Origin: a virus
Strand: one strand, 5' to 3'
DNA: 64,000 nucleotides
IMG/VR virus record: IMGVR_UViG_3300049595_001870
Location: 32,001 to 96,000 of that record
Each line of letters begins with the position of its first letter. The stretch's first letter is position 1. The position numbers were made by a program, and so were the translations under genes. Below the pieces are notes generated by a model. It did not search any database, had not been told where the DNA came from, and saw only the letters and a program-made list of their open reading frames with translations. Shown piece by piece: positions 45,369 to 54,857 of the stretch.

Positions 45369-48300
45369 CAGCAGCGCCATCGGATCCTGCTGATCGCGCT
45401 GGCGGGCGCGTTTCGCGGCATCGGACTGGATCGTCCTGTACAGCAAGTACAGGCGCCTTTGGTCTGGCGTCAGGCGATCCAGAGCGTCCTCGGGCACGGT
45501 GATGTTCTCGTACGTCCGGACGCCCGGGGTGGTGGAGAGCGTGGCGTTAAGGACTTGGCGGGCCGCCTGCTGGCGGGCGCGATCCTCATCCACATCGCTC
45601 AACTTTAATCCGGCCAACAGATTGAACGCGGTCTTCATCAGCGCATCGCCGGGCGTTAGCCGATCGTCGGTGAGCTGTCGGTAGGTGCTGATGGCGCGCG
45701 ACCCAAACGGAATGAAATTACTGGCGAACTGCTCCAGCGGGCGGCCGATCGGTCCCAGTCCCTGCTCCAAGACCGAATACAGGTCGGACAGATCGCGGCC
45801 AGAATACAGTTGGCGATTGGTGGCGTATTCGATCGGCGCTTTGATGAGCGGCGTCGTCTGTCCGAGGATGTTGCTGCCTGTCTTGGCAAGCGTGTCGGCA
45901 AAAACGGCCGCCGCAGTTCCGCCTGCCCCAGGCGTGAAGAGGTTAATGGACTCAAACGGCAAGTCGATGTTGGTCAGATACCGCTGGAGCCCCTCGCCGG
46001 GCGACCAGCCTTCCGGCAAAGGGATCGCGGCCGTCTGCCGCAGATGCTCGGGGACGAAGTTTTCTTCGCTCGGCTCCGACGCCCGGGAGATGGCGCGGAT
46101 GCTCTGACCTTGCAGTCCGCCCGGCTGATACAAAAGCCGATCAGCGATCTGCGGGATAATTCGTCGCTGAAAGCTATAGAAGGGCAGGATTTTCTTCAGC
46201 CAGCGGCTCTCAAAATCGCTGAAGCTGGCCGGGCTGTAATCCAACTGAGCAAGGCGAACGGCGTCTCCGGCGGCGCCCGGGTCCGTGCCTCGCCGTATCT
46301 GCGTGAGGAACGCGCCGGTTCTGAGCGTGTCTTCGACCGCGCTTCCGACGGCGTCGTTGATCTTAAGTATCGGGTTTGTGTTCGTCGGGCGCGGCCTGCG
46401 CAAGACGCCGACGCCTCGCAAAGAGGTGAAGTCGTTGAAGAAGTCCAGCCAACTTCTTCCGGTCTGGCCACGCAACTCACCAACGGTGCTGGAGATTGTG
46501 TCGGACTGTCCGCCAGTGTAGGTGGACCGCATCGCCTCTTCGGGGATCGACAAGTCGTCGATGACGTTTCCGCTGGCCATGCGCTGTCCGCCGGTCTGCG
46601 CAAGGAATTCGCGGATGCGTTCTGCGTCTGTGAGCTGTTCGTAACCAGGCGCACGGCGAAGCCTTCGGGCAAGCGGCTGGTAGTTGCCCTGGCTGGCGCG
46701 GTAGGCTGCGAACTGATCTAGTGGGTTGAACATCCCAAACGCGGCGTTGGAGAATTCGCCGCTGTACAAATTGCGCGTGTGGAACGCCGGGTTCGCCAGT
46801 GCGCCGACTTTGAATGCATTGGTGAACTGCTGTATGGCGCCCAGCAGCCCGGCCTCGGCTTCCGGAACACGCGGGCGCACTGCCAGAGTCTGGAGGGATT
46901 GCACAAGCCTGTCTGGTACGGACACGGCCGCCGGGTCCGAGCTGACCTGCGATTGCCACATGGCTTTGAACGACTCTCGGTTAAACCCGAGCGCCTCGGC
47001 GGCATCCAGCACGCTTTGCGCGCCGCCGCCCGGCACGGAGGTTGGCGGCAACGGAATGACGGCCTCTTGCAGCGCCGGCACTATCTCGGCCACGTTGGAT
47101 GTGACACGCATGCGCCCTTGCTCATAGCGGCGCAGGCGATCCATGTAGTTGGTGTCAAAGAGTCCCGTGCCGGTTTCTGCAAACTGCCTGTCGGCGTCAC
47201 GCAAGAGATCAACGAGGGCCGTTTCCTTGCGTTCGATGTCCTCCGTCACCCGCTGCATCATCCGCCTTTGACGGCGAGGCGTGGCGTTGAGGTAGTCCGG
47301 AGAGTTCTGGAGCCGGCGCAACTGCGCCTGGTACGGCCTCTCTACGTTGAGCGTGTCGAAAGCCTGCCGCAGTAGCACGCGGGCGTTTGTGTCGTCGGCG
47401 GCCAGGAGACTGTCCTGCAATTGCCGGGCGTTCAGGTTCGGATCGCCGCCCGTAAGCCTGCGGAAAGTCCGACTGGCGCCTGGGATGTCGGTGTAGTCCC
47501 GCCTGCCACGGCCGAAGTTGTCGTTGGTGGCGAGCAGCACATTGCCAGGAGAGTACGGGCTGGCGGTGCGCTGGGCGGCGTTCGCTCGCTCTGGAACCTG
47601 TGGGTCCAGCCACTGCTTTACTTGGCGCACAAACCAATTCTCGCCCGTGGACCCACGCCAGCCATCCAGCTCTAGCCCTAAGTCTCTGGCCAGACGCTCC
47701 ATTTCTGGCCCGACTTGTACGCCGGCGTCCCGGAGGACACGGAACTCAGGCACGTTCTCTAGAACCCAGTCGGCAACCGGGTCATAGCTTGTGCGGCCCA
47801 GCGGAGCGCCGGACATCGACGGCCCTAGCAGGTCTGGCGACTCCACGTAGTCCGTGAGCGCGTTTTGAATTGTCCGGTTGTTGAAGTTGCGGTACGCCTC
47901 TGGTATCGGAGTACCGTTCGGCATCACATCCGGAACCTGCGCGTTCATTGCATCGTAAAGCTGGCGCGTCCGCAGCGTGCCCGCCTCCTCCTGCAAAATG
48001 CGCTCGGTATTGCGGGCTACCCGGTTACGCCACTGGATCGCTGGATCCATGACGGGGCCCGCATCGGCGGTCAGCAGCGCGCGGGCGCCGGACACCAACG
48101 GGCCGATGCCTGGGGCGCTTTTGCTTGCCTCGCCTGTGCGATCTAAGAACCGCGCCAGAGAGTCGCCGGCCTGGGACATTGTTCCCGTGCCGCCGGCCTC
48201 ACCGACCGTCCAGCCAAGATTGGTGCCTGGCACACGCACATCCATCAGTGCGGCGGCGCGCTGCGTCAGATCGTCCGGATCGACTCCGAAGCGCTCGGCA

Positions 48301-49016
48301 TTGCGGCGCCACCGAGCCATCATGGCAGGATCGCTCTGGTTCAGCAGAGCGGCCGGGGTGGCTGCTTGGCTGCGAAGGTATTCCCGCACCCCCATCGAAC
48401 CGCGCGTGCCCTGCTGGTACGCCTCAACAGCAGGGTTGCGCAGGAGTCCTGTGGCACGCAGTGCTTTGCCTGTTGGCGTGATGGCGCCGCGGCCCAGGAT
48501 GGCCGCGGGGTTCACCAGCAGCAAAGGATCCAGCAGCACCTCGGCTGCCAAGCCGCCTGCGAAGTTGCTCCAGTTGTCTTCGTCACCGGCCAAGTTGTAA
48601 GAGCGCAAAAGGTCACGCCCAGACACTCGCTCGTCGGAAGTGTCCCAGAGAGCGGACAGCGCTTTGCTTGGCCCTTCCGACAGTAAGCCGCGCAACATGG
48701 CGCCTGGCGTGTCAAGTAGCCAGCCGGCCGCCGAGAGCCCCGATGCGCCGGTCTGAGCCAGCGTATTGAGGAGTGACGACTTCTCCTCGGCCGGCATCAG
48801 GTCCGAGAGCGTTAGCTTCCGACGGCCGAAAGACGGAACCCCGAATTCGTCTACGTCGGACTCATCCGGCAGCAGGCCCATCTGGGCCTGCATCTCCAGC
48901 TCGCCGTACGGATCGTAGTAGTCGAAAAGTGGCGAGCGCGCCATGGGCCTACATGCTTTGATGTTCTGGGACGCGCGGCACCCGCGGAGCAGCTTCCTCC
49001 ATTGGCACTTGGCCAA
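45357..49016 (-). CDS. Large internal virion / DNA-ejection protein
   Basis: 1219 aa, last gene of virion block; C-terminal PLIKAPIEYATNRQLYSGRDL recalls LPD38-like segments. Confidence 0.55.
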   Translation of the reverse strand: MAKCQWRKLLRGCRASQNIKACRPMARSPLFDYYDPYGELEMQAQMGLLPDESDVDEFGVPSFGRRKLTLSDLMPAEEKSSLLNTLAQTGASGLSAAGWLLDTPGAMLRGLLSEGPSKALSALWDTSDERVSGRDLLRSYNLAGDEDNWSNFAGGLAAEVLLDPLLLVNPAAILGRGAITPTGKALRATGLLRNPAVEAYQQGTRGSMGVREYLRSQAATPAALLNQSDPAMMARWRRNAERFGVDPDDLTQRAAALMDVRVPGTNLGWTVGEAGGTGTMSQAGDSLARFLDRTGEASKSAPGIGPLVSGARALLTADAGPVMDPAIQWRNRVARNTERILQEEAGTLRTRQLYDAMNAQVPDVMPNGTPIPEAYRNFNNRTIQNALTDYVESPDLLGPSMSGAPLGRTSYDPVADWVLENVPEFRVLRDAGVQVGPEMERLARDLGLELDGWRGSTGENWFVRQVKQWLDPQVPERANAAQRTASPYSPGNVLLATNDNFGRGRRDYTDIPGASRTFRRLTGGDPNLNARQLQDSLLAADDTNARVLLRQAFDTLNVERPYQAQLRRLQNSPDYLNATPRRQRRMMQRVTEDIERKETALVDLLRDADRQFAETGTGLFDTNYMDRLRRYEQGRMRVTSNVAEIVPALQEAVIPLPPTSVPGGGAQSVLDAAEALGFNRESFKAMWQSQVSSDPAAVSVPDRLVQSLQTLAVRPRVPEAEAGLLGAIQQFTNAFKVGALANPAFHTRNLYSGEFSNAAFGMFNPLDQFAAYRASQGNYQPLARRLRRAPGYEQLTDAERIREFLAQTGGQRMASGNVIDDLSIPEEAMRSTYTGGQSDTISSTVGELRGQTGRSWLDFFNDFTSLRGVGVLRRPRPTNTNPILKINDAVGSAVEDTLRTGAFLTQIRRGTDPGAAGDAVRLAQLDYSPASFSDFESRWLKKILPFYSFQRRIIPQIADRLLYQPGGLQGQSIRAISRASEPSEENFVPEHLRQTAAIPLPEGWSPGEGLQRYLTNIDLPFESINLFTPGAGGTAAAVFADTLAKTGSNILGQTTPLIKAPIEYATNRQLYSGRDLSDLYSVLEQGLGPIGRPLEQFASNFIPFGSRAISTYRQLTDDRLTPGDALMKTAFNLLAGLKLSDVDEDRARQQAARQVLNATLSTTPGVRTYENITVPEDALDRLTPDQRRLYLLYRTIQSDAAKRARQRDQQDPMALLLGS

Positions 49017-50343
49017 ACAGCCAGTTCGATAGCGATTGGCCAGACCTCTTCTTAGCTATATCATCTACGATACGCTGAGCCTTCTCAAGCGAATACTTCT
49101 TCACATTGACTAGATAGTCGATAGTCGCCTGCTGTTCCGCAATTGTAAAATGTGAAGTGGTTCCAAACGATCCCATCGAAGACGAGTACCGTTGCGAGAC
49201 ATAGTCTTCCGCGGCAGCCATTTCGGACGGATGCACTGCTTCATCATTAACGTGCAGATCCGCCTGCTGTTCTGGGGGCAATTGGTTTTCTTGTGCGCGC
49301 CGAGCTGCGTCCATCGCCGCCGCCTGCGCTGGGTCTAATGGCTTTCCGCCGCCTCCTTGCAGATAGCGTTCACCAAGACGCTGCAAGCCTTCGTTCTGCC
49401 TAGCCTGCATTTCAATCGGCGTAAATCCGGAAGATCCGACCAGTTTTCGGGCAAGCACCATCTTGGACCAAGGGTCCACATCCTCCCTGTTCAGGTATTC
49501 CAGTGGGTTGTACGCCGCCTGCGCGCGTCTGGTGAGGATGTCCCTAGCGTTGGCCTTCTGCGCCATCCGCTTGTCCACCACGCCCTCCATGCCGGAGAGT
49601 TCAATGCGAGCTGCATCCGTCGCCTGCGCGACGTTGGCGAGCGACAGCGGGCCGCCACCCTTGCCGGCTAGCCCCTGGACCGCATTGTCATACGCAGCTT
49701 TGGCAACGGCTTCGCTCACGCCCATTCGCATGGCCAGCTCTTTCACTCGCCGCGTGACGGCGCGCGGGTCGTTTGCCCTGCTCACAGATTCCAAGCGGGC
49801 GTTTGCGCGTGCCGCCAACTGTTCAATAGTCGGCGAATCAGAGCCGTACCCAAACTGCTCCTCGTCCCGCCGATTCATCCATTGCACGCCGGCTAGGCGT
49901 GCGGCCTCGCGCTGCGCGGCCTGGGCGGCTTTGACATCGCCGAGACTGTACATTTGCCTGCCGCCGCCGCCTTTGATGACGGGCACTTCAACACCGTCAA
50001 CCATCTGAGTCGGCGTGAGCGAGCCTGCCATCGGCGCGCCACGCTCGGCCCGCATGTCGTTGTAGTCCTGCTCCATGGCAAGCTGCTGCTGGATCCGGGC
50101 GTCCTGCTTCTCTCTGACTCGCGCCGCGTCGCGAGCGACCCGATCAGCAATCAGTTGCTGAACCCTCAGAACAGGGTCATCGGCGATCGGCGTGGCCGCA
50201 GCCTCCAAGTTGCCGTCCACGTACGGATCTCCCCAAACCATGCCAGCTTTCGCCAGCATGGAACGCGCGGCCATTCGGCGGCCCGGCGTCTCGTTTGGGT
50301 CAGTGGCGATGGCTTGAGCTAGTTCCATATCCATGTCGGTCAC
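48949..50343 (-). CDS. Putative internal virion protein
   Basis: 464 aa, A/Q/R-rich helical; position. Confidence 0.5.
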   Translation of the reverse strand: MTDMDMELAQAIATDPNETPGRRMAARSMLAKAGMVWGDPYVDGNLEAAATPIADDPVLRVQQLIADRVARDAARVREKQDARIQQQLAMEQDYNDMRAERGAPMAGSLTPTQMVDGVEVPVIKGGGGRQMYSLGDVKAAQAAQREAARLAGVQWMNRRDEEQFGYGSDSPTIEQLAARANARLESVSRANDPRAVTRRVKELAMRMGVSEAVAKAAYDNAVQGLAGKGGGPLSLANVAQATDAARIELSGMEGVVDKRMAQKANARDILTRRAQAAYNPLEYLNREDVDPWSKMVLARKLVGSSGFTPIEMQARQNEGLQRLGERYLQGGGGKPLDPAQAAAMDAARRAQENQLPPEQQADLHVNDEAVHPSEMAAAEDYVSQRYSSSMGSFGTTSHFTIAEQQATIDYLVNVKKYSLEKAQRIVDDIAKKRSGQSLSNWLFGQVPMEEAAPRVPRVPEHQSM

Positions 50344-51656
50344 CCTGCGTTCCTGAGTTGATCAGCCATGCCTTGGAGCCGACGCACTTCGGCCATGATC
50401 TGCTGCGCCTGCGGGACTTCGCCGCCGGCCTCGCGCCGCATATCGTTGAGGCGGTTGATCAGGTTCTGCGCCTGCTGTCGGTATCGGCTGGCTTTGTCGC
50501 CCGGCCGGAAGTCTGGCTGCCTTACTTGTTCATTGCCCTTGGCCAGCAGGCGATTGATCTCCGCCATCATCTGCGGTGCCTGTGGCACTTCGCCGCCGGC
50601 CTTACGCCGCATGTCGTTGAGCCTGTCGATGAGGATGCGAGCCTGGAGCGAACCGTCCTCGGCGCGCCTCTGCTCCCGGTCGGTGAACTGCCGCTTAAAC
50701 CGATCGGTGAATTCATCCTCGGCCGACGCCACTGCTGGCGGTGGCGATGATTCGGCGGCGAGATCAGCCGTGCCGGCCGTGCCATCAACGGACGGCGTGT
50801 CCTGATTCATCAGCGACAGGCCGGCGCCAACGGCACCAGCCCCTGCCGCCAGTGCGGCGGCCGGTCGATAATCGAATGAGCGGGCTGGAGGGTCAGCCAA
50901 CGCCTGACGCGGCGGCTCTGGCAAGTCGTCTGGTGTCGCCACCGGCCGCGGGGTTCGCATGCCGGCCAAATCGCCCTCAATGCCTCGCAGCTCGGCGGCC
51001 AGCCGATCACCCTCTTCTGCTAGGTATCGATTGGCGCTGCCCCAGAGGTCCGGGTCAGCGGAACGTGGCTGATTCATGGCGGCACTCCGGCCGTATGACA
51101 GCGTCGAAGCGCCGGGCGCCGTAGCCCGAGACGGCATCACATCGGCCCGGAAGGTCGCGTCAAACTGATCGGCGATTGACGGAGTCGGCCGAGCCATCTC
51201 GCGGATGGAATCCTCAACCGTTGCCGGCCGACGGCGAGAAGGCGACCGCTTCGGCGCCTTGCCGGCACTGTCGCCTCGGTCAACCAACATGCGATACGCT
51301 TCGTACAGGGCCTCCGTGTCCCCCTGCTCCACGCGCGCCGCCAATTCGGGCGGCATGGCGCCCATCTGCGATCGCACCTCTTGTCCGATGCGGCTCTCAG
51401 GACGGGCCGACCACTCACGGCCAGACAAGGCTTCTCCCTTGGCGACAGGTGGCGTGCGCGTCTCCGGTATGGCCGGACTCCGCTCCCAGGTCAGGTCGGC
51501 CAACGTCTTGCGCAGCGTGCGTCCACCATCTTCCATGGCGGCGGCTTCAACAATCTTTTGAGCAATCGACGGATCCCTGCCGGCCATGCGGACGATGTCG
51601 TCGGCGCGGGCGCCGGTCAGGATTCCGGAGATGGCCTGCTCAACGAGCCTCTTCAT
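50340..51656 (-). CDS. Putative internal virion protein with duplicated C-terminal helix repeat
   Basis: 438 aa; LI(D/N)RLNDMRR(K/E)AGGEVPQA.Q.MAE occurs twice. Confidence 0.55.
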   Translation of the reverse strand: MKRLVEQAISGILTGARADDIVRMAGRDPSIAQKIVEAAAMEDGGRTLRKTLADLTWERSPAIPETRTPPVAKGEALSGREWSARPESRIGQEVRSQMGAMPPELAARVEQGDTEALYEAYRMLVDRGDSAGKAPKRSPSRRRPATVEDSIREMARPTPSIADQFDATFRADVMPSRATAPGASTLSYGRSAAMNQPRSADPDLWGSANRYLAEEGDRLAAELRGIEGDLAGMRTPRPVATPDDLPEPPRQALADPPARSFDYRPAAALAAGAGAVGAGLSLMNQDTPSVDGTAGTADLAAESSPPPAVASAEDEFTDRFKRQFTDREQRRAEDGSLQARILIDRLNDMRRKAGGEVPQAPQMMAEINRLLAKGNEQVRQPDFRPGDKASRYRQQAQNLINRLNDMRREAGGEVPQAQQIMAEVRRLQGMADQLRNAG

Positions 51657-51901
51657 TTCTTCTTCGCCTTCCTGGGAACCTCGGGAAGCTCCTCGCCGTC
51701 CTCGGGGAGGTCGTCGTCCTCAACCTCCGGCGTGTTGGGCTTGCCGTGCATCTCCTCGTCCAAGTCGGCCAAGTCGTTCTTGCCGTCTAGCTTGGACAGG
51801 ATCTTCCGCTCGTCGGACTCGTTGGCACTCAGGAGCTGCTGCACCAGCCGCTTGAACACGGCATTTGTGATGTCGTCAAGACCCAGGTCGATTTTCGCCA
51901 T
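51653..51901 (-). CDS. Small acidic protein
   Basis: 82 aa, coupled. Confidence 0.5.
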   Translation of the reverse strand: MAKIDLGLDDITNAVFKRLVQQLLSANESDERKILSKLDGKNDLADLDEEMHGKPNTPEVEDDDLPEDGEELPEVPRKAKKK

Positions 51902-52314
51902 TAGTCGGTCAACCCTCCGAGGAGGCTCCCTGCCAGGTTCATAATTGCCTGCTGCCGTTGCAGCCTCGCCATCTGCTGTGCGTATGCCTCTTGCTGCTGA
52001 AGACTGGCGAGCGCTTGGGCCTGACGCTCCTGCGTCTGCTGGTTCTGGAGCGTGAGGTTGGCGTTGTACTTCTGGTCGTCCATCGCGCCTTGGTATGCCT
52101 CGGAGATTCCTTCGGCCATAGCCTGCGCGGCGTTGATGCCGGCTTGGTTGCGCTGAGCGCCGCCGCGCGAGAATCCGGCGCGGTCCAAATTCTTCATTTG
52201 GAAACGCGGATCACCCATCGCCAGAGCCTGTGCCATGCGCTGGCTGTAGGCGGCCTGCTGCTGCCGGTCAGTGAAGCCGGAAGGCGGTACTTGGTTCAGT
52301 TCGATGCTGTTCAT
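51901..52314 (-). CDS. Q-rich putative ejection protein
   Basis: 137 aa, ends NLAGSLLGGLTD. Confidence 0.5.
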   Translation of the reverse strand: MNSIELNQVPPSGFTDRQQQAAYSQRMAQALAMGDPRFQMKNLDRAGFSRGGAQRNQAGINAAQAMAEGISEAYQGAMDDQKYNANLTLQNQQTQERQAQALASLQQQEAYAQQMARLQRQQAIMNLAGSLLGGLTD

Positions 52315-52649
52315 CGCAACAGGTTCCCGAGCAACTGTGACTGGAAACCAAGCATGTTCTGCAAGCGAGTGTTAGAAAGGTTTTGCCGGTTCTGCCTGTC
52401 GTTCGCCAGTTGCTCAAGGCCAGCCAACGCCGACTGCATACTCGCCTGCTGCTGCTGTTGGGCGTAGGTGTCCTGCATCTGCTGGGCGTAGCGGTCCATG
52501 TCCACCGACCGCTGCTGGAGCAGGTTGTCCATGACATCTCGGTGGTTTTGATTGTAGGACCACGGAGACTGGATCTGCTGCATCTGCTGCAACAGTTGAT
52601 CTGTCTGCGGCGGACTGTTCTGGATGCCGGTTTTGTACTGGTAGTTCAT
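52311..52649 (-). CDS. Q-rich putative ejection protein
   Basis: 112 aa, ends SQLLGNLLR. Confidence 0.5.
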   Translation of the reverse strand: MNYQYKTGIQNSPPQTDQLLQQMQQIQSPWSYNQNHRDVMDNLLQQRSVDMDRYAQQMQDTYAQQQQQASMQSALAGLEQLANDRQNRQNLSNTRLQNMLGFQSQLLGNLLR

Positions 52650-54001
52650 ATCGCCCTCCGCCCGCCAATCATCATGTTCTTACGAGCCAGAGGTATCGAA
52701 TTGTGTTGTGCCATGCGCGAGGCAACGACACGTTGCCAACCCGGATCGGACTGCTTGTCCAGTTCGGCGAGCAGGCGGTCGGACTTGCTATCACGCTTCA
52801 TCGCCGCACCTAATGCGCGGCCGTCCGCGTACCGCTCGCTTTCCGTTGGCGCCAGTCGCCGCAGGAGCCCAGACATGCCAGTCATGCCAGAGTTGTTGGC
52901 CTCGCGCATTCCGGAACCCATCTGATTCGCCAAGCCAGCCAGCACGCCCAAGCTGCCGCTGTAGTCTTGGGTCATGCGACCGCCAACGTCGCGGATGTCT
53001 CGGCTGCTCTGGTTGAATCCCTGCCGCGCCTGGTCCATGTAGGCTTGGAAGTTGGGCCGATTCTGCGACACATTGCCGTAGAAGTCGCTCATGCCTTGGC
53101 GCAAGGATCCGGCACCCTCGCGGCCCATTGCCAGCATGCCCATCAATCCCTGGCCAAACATGTTGGAATAGTCTTGGCGATACAGGTCCTGCTGGCGATC
53201 CAGGCGATCACGGGCCTCCATGTCGGAGTCGGCCAACTGTGCCAGGACGGAGTTGTCCATCAGTGCGTCCATGTAGGGCGACATGCTTGCGCCCTCACGC
53301 CGCATGCTGCCGCTCATGCCCGCATCGCCGCCGCCTCCACCGCCGTAGCTTCCAGATGCGATGGGACCACCTGGGCCAGTGGCCTCAAACCCCACACCGC
53401 CGCTGCCGCCACCACCGCCGAAATCAAACGACACGTTGGAGATCGCGTCCGCGGCACCCAGCCGGCCGATGTTATCCAGTCGCTTCTGGCCGTAGCCGCT
53501 GACCGCGGACTGATTGGCGCCCTGCATGCCGGCGAGCGCCTGCTGGTAGCCCGTCTGGCCGCGCCCCATGCCCTCCGCGAGCGCATTGCCCATGCCGCCG
53601 AGGCTGGACAGCGCCTGCGTCCAGATATTGGACAACGCAGATTGGTTGGCCCCGGCCGCACCACCCAAGGATTGGTAGTAGCCGATCGCGTCCTTGGCGG
53701 CGGCGTCGGCGATGCCAGTTGTGGCATTGCCAAATGCGCCGTAGTTCTGGGCCATGGCGTTGCCCAGTCCGGACAAGGCGGATGAGTGCTGGCCCGCCAT
53801 GCCGCCGATGGACTGGCCAATGCCGCCCAGGCCGCCTGTCATAGATGCATAGTTCTGGGCTGTGCTTTGCAGCATTTGCCCTGGTAGCTGGTACAGAACG
53901 CCGGAAGGATCCTGATACTGCTGCTGTTGCGGCGCCCAGAAGGTCTGCGAGCCGCCAGGGAACGTGATGGTCTTGCCGGACTGATGCAGTGCAGTGGCCA
54001 T
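52646..54001 (-). CDS. G/Q/M-rich DNA-transfer (pilot)-like protein
   Basis: 451 aa low-complexity glycine-rich; preceded by GAGCAATAGC motif. Confidence 0.5.
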   Translation of the reverse strand: MATALHQSGKTITFPGGSQTFWAPQQQQYQDPSGVLYQLPGQMLQSTAQNYASMTGGLGGIGQSIGGMAGQHSSALSGLGNAMAQNYGAFGNATTGIADAAAKDAIGYYQSLGGAAGANQSALSNIWTQALSSLGGMGNALAEGMGRGQTGYQQALAGMQGANQSAVSGYGQKRLDNIGRLGAADAISNVSFDFGGGGGSGGVGFEATGPGGPIASGSYGGGGGGDAGMSGSMRREGASMSPYMDALMDNSVLAQLADSDMEARDRLDRQQDLYRQDYSNMFGQGLMGMLAMGREGAGSLRQGMSDFYGNVSQNRPNFQAYMDQARQGFNQSSRDIRDVGGRMTQDYSGSLGVLAGLANQMGSGMREANNSGMTGMSGLLRRLAPTESERYADGRALGAAMKRDSKSDRLLAELDKQSDPGWQRVVASRMAQHNSIPLARKNMMIGGRRAI

Positions 54002-54035
54002 GTGATCTCCTACAGGCTATTGCTCACGGAGCAGG

Positions 54036-54857
54036 TTATGGCGCTAGCGGATTTTCGCCGGGCATCGGAAAATTGCCGCCCACGTTCTGAGTGCTCAAGA
54101 CGCGGATTTTTTTGCGTGTCAGCTCCAGCCCAACAGCCTCCCATACCTCTTCGTACTGTGGCTCAACGACTAACTCTCCTTCGTCGGAGCAGTACACAAT
54201 GACATCGGAAAGGCGTTCGACGTTGTTCCAGAGGATGTCTGCATCGACGACGACTTTGATGTCCTGTGTTCGGATGGGTCCAGTAGTTGGCGGCCGGACA
54301 ACTATGATGCCAATGCCAAATGCGCCCGGGGGCCCGGCAGGACCCATAGGGCCTGGAGGCCCGAGCTGGCCAGGCGGACCTGCTGGCCCTTCTAGGCCGC
54401 CGATGAATACTGTGCCGCCAGGCCGACCGTCTGCGCCACGCTCGCCGGGCGTCCCCTGATCTCCACGCTCCCCACGCTCCCCACGCTCTCCACGCTGGCC
54501 GGGCGGGTTGTTGATGATGTTGGTGACGTTGCCTTCAAAGGTGTTGAAAATCCGATTATCAAAAAACGTCTGGAAGGTGGGAGTTGAAAAATCGCGCTGG
54601 TCGATGTCGTTGAAGACATTGTTGTCGCCAGCCACATTGTTGATTATGCTACTAAAATCCCTGTAATCGTAATAATCTCCGTTGTACATGCCTCCAGCAC
54701 CGCCGCCAGGCGGCATGGAAGGCGTAAACGCAACGGGGCCGCGATGCTCTAGCGGTTGATTGCAATTGCCAAGCGCTTGCATCATGGCCCGCATGTCTTG
54801 CGGACTGAGTGCGTTACCAAGCGCCTTTGAAAGCGCTGGCATAAGCTGTGTTAGCAT
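54036..54857 (-). CDS. Collagen-like repeat protein
   Basis: Two Gly-X-Y tracts ([25 protein letters not shown]; [22 protein letters not shown]). Confidence 0.7.
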   Translation of the reverse strand: MLTQLMPALSKALGNALSPQDMRAMMQALGNCNQPLEHRGPVAFTPSMPPGGGAGGMYNGDYYDYRDFSSIINNVAGDNNVFNDIDQRDFSTPTFQTFFDNRIFNTFEGNVTNIINNPPGQRGERGERGERGDQGTPGERGADGRPGGTVFIGGLEGPAGPPGQLGPPGPMGPAGPPGAFGIGIIVVRPPTTGPIRTQDIKVVVDADILWNNVERLSDVIVYCSDEGELVVEPQYEEVWEAVGLELTRKKIRVLSTQNVGGNFPMPGENPLAP

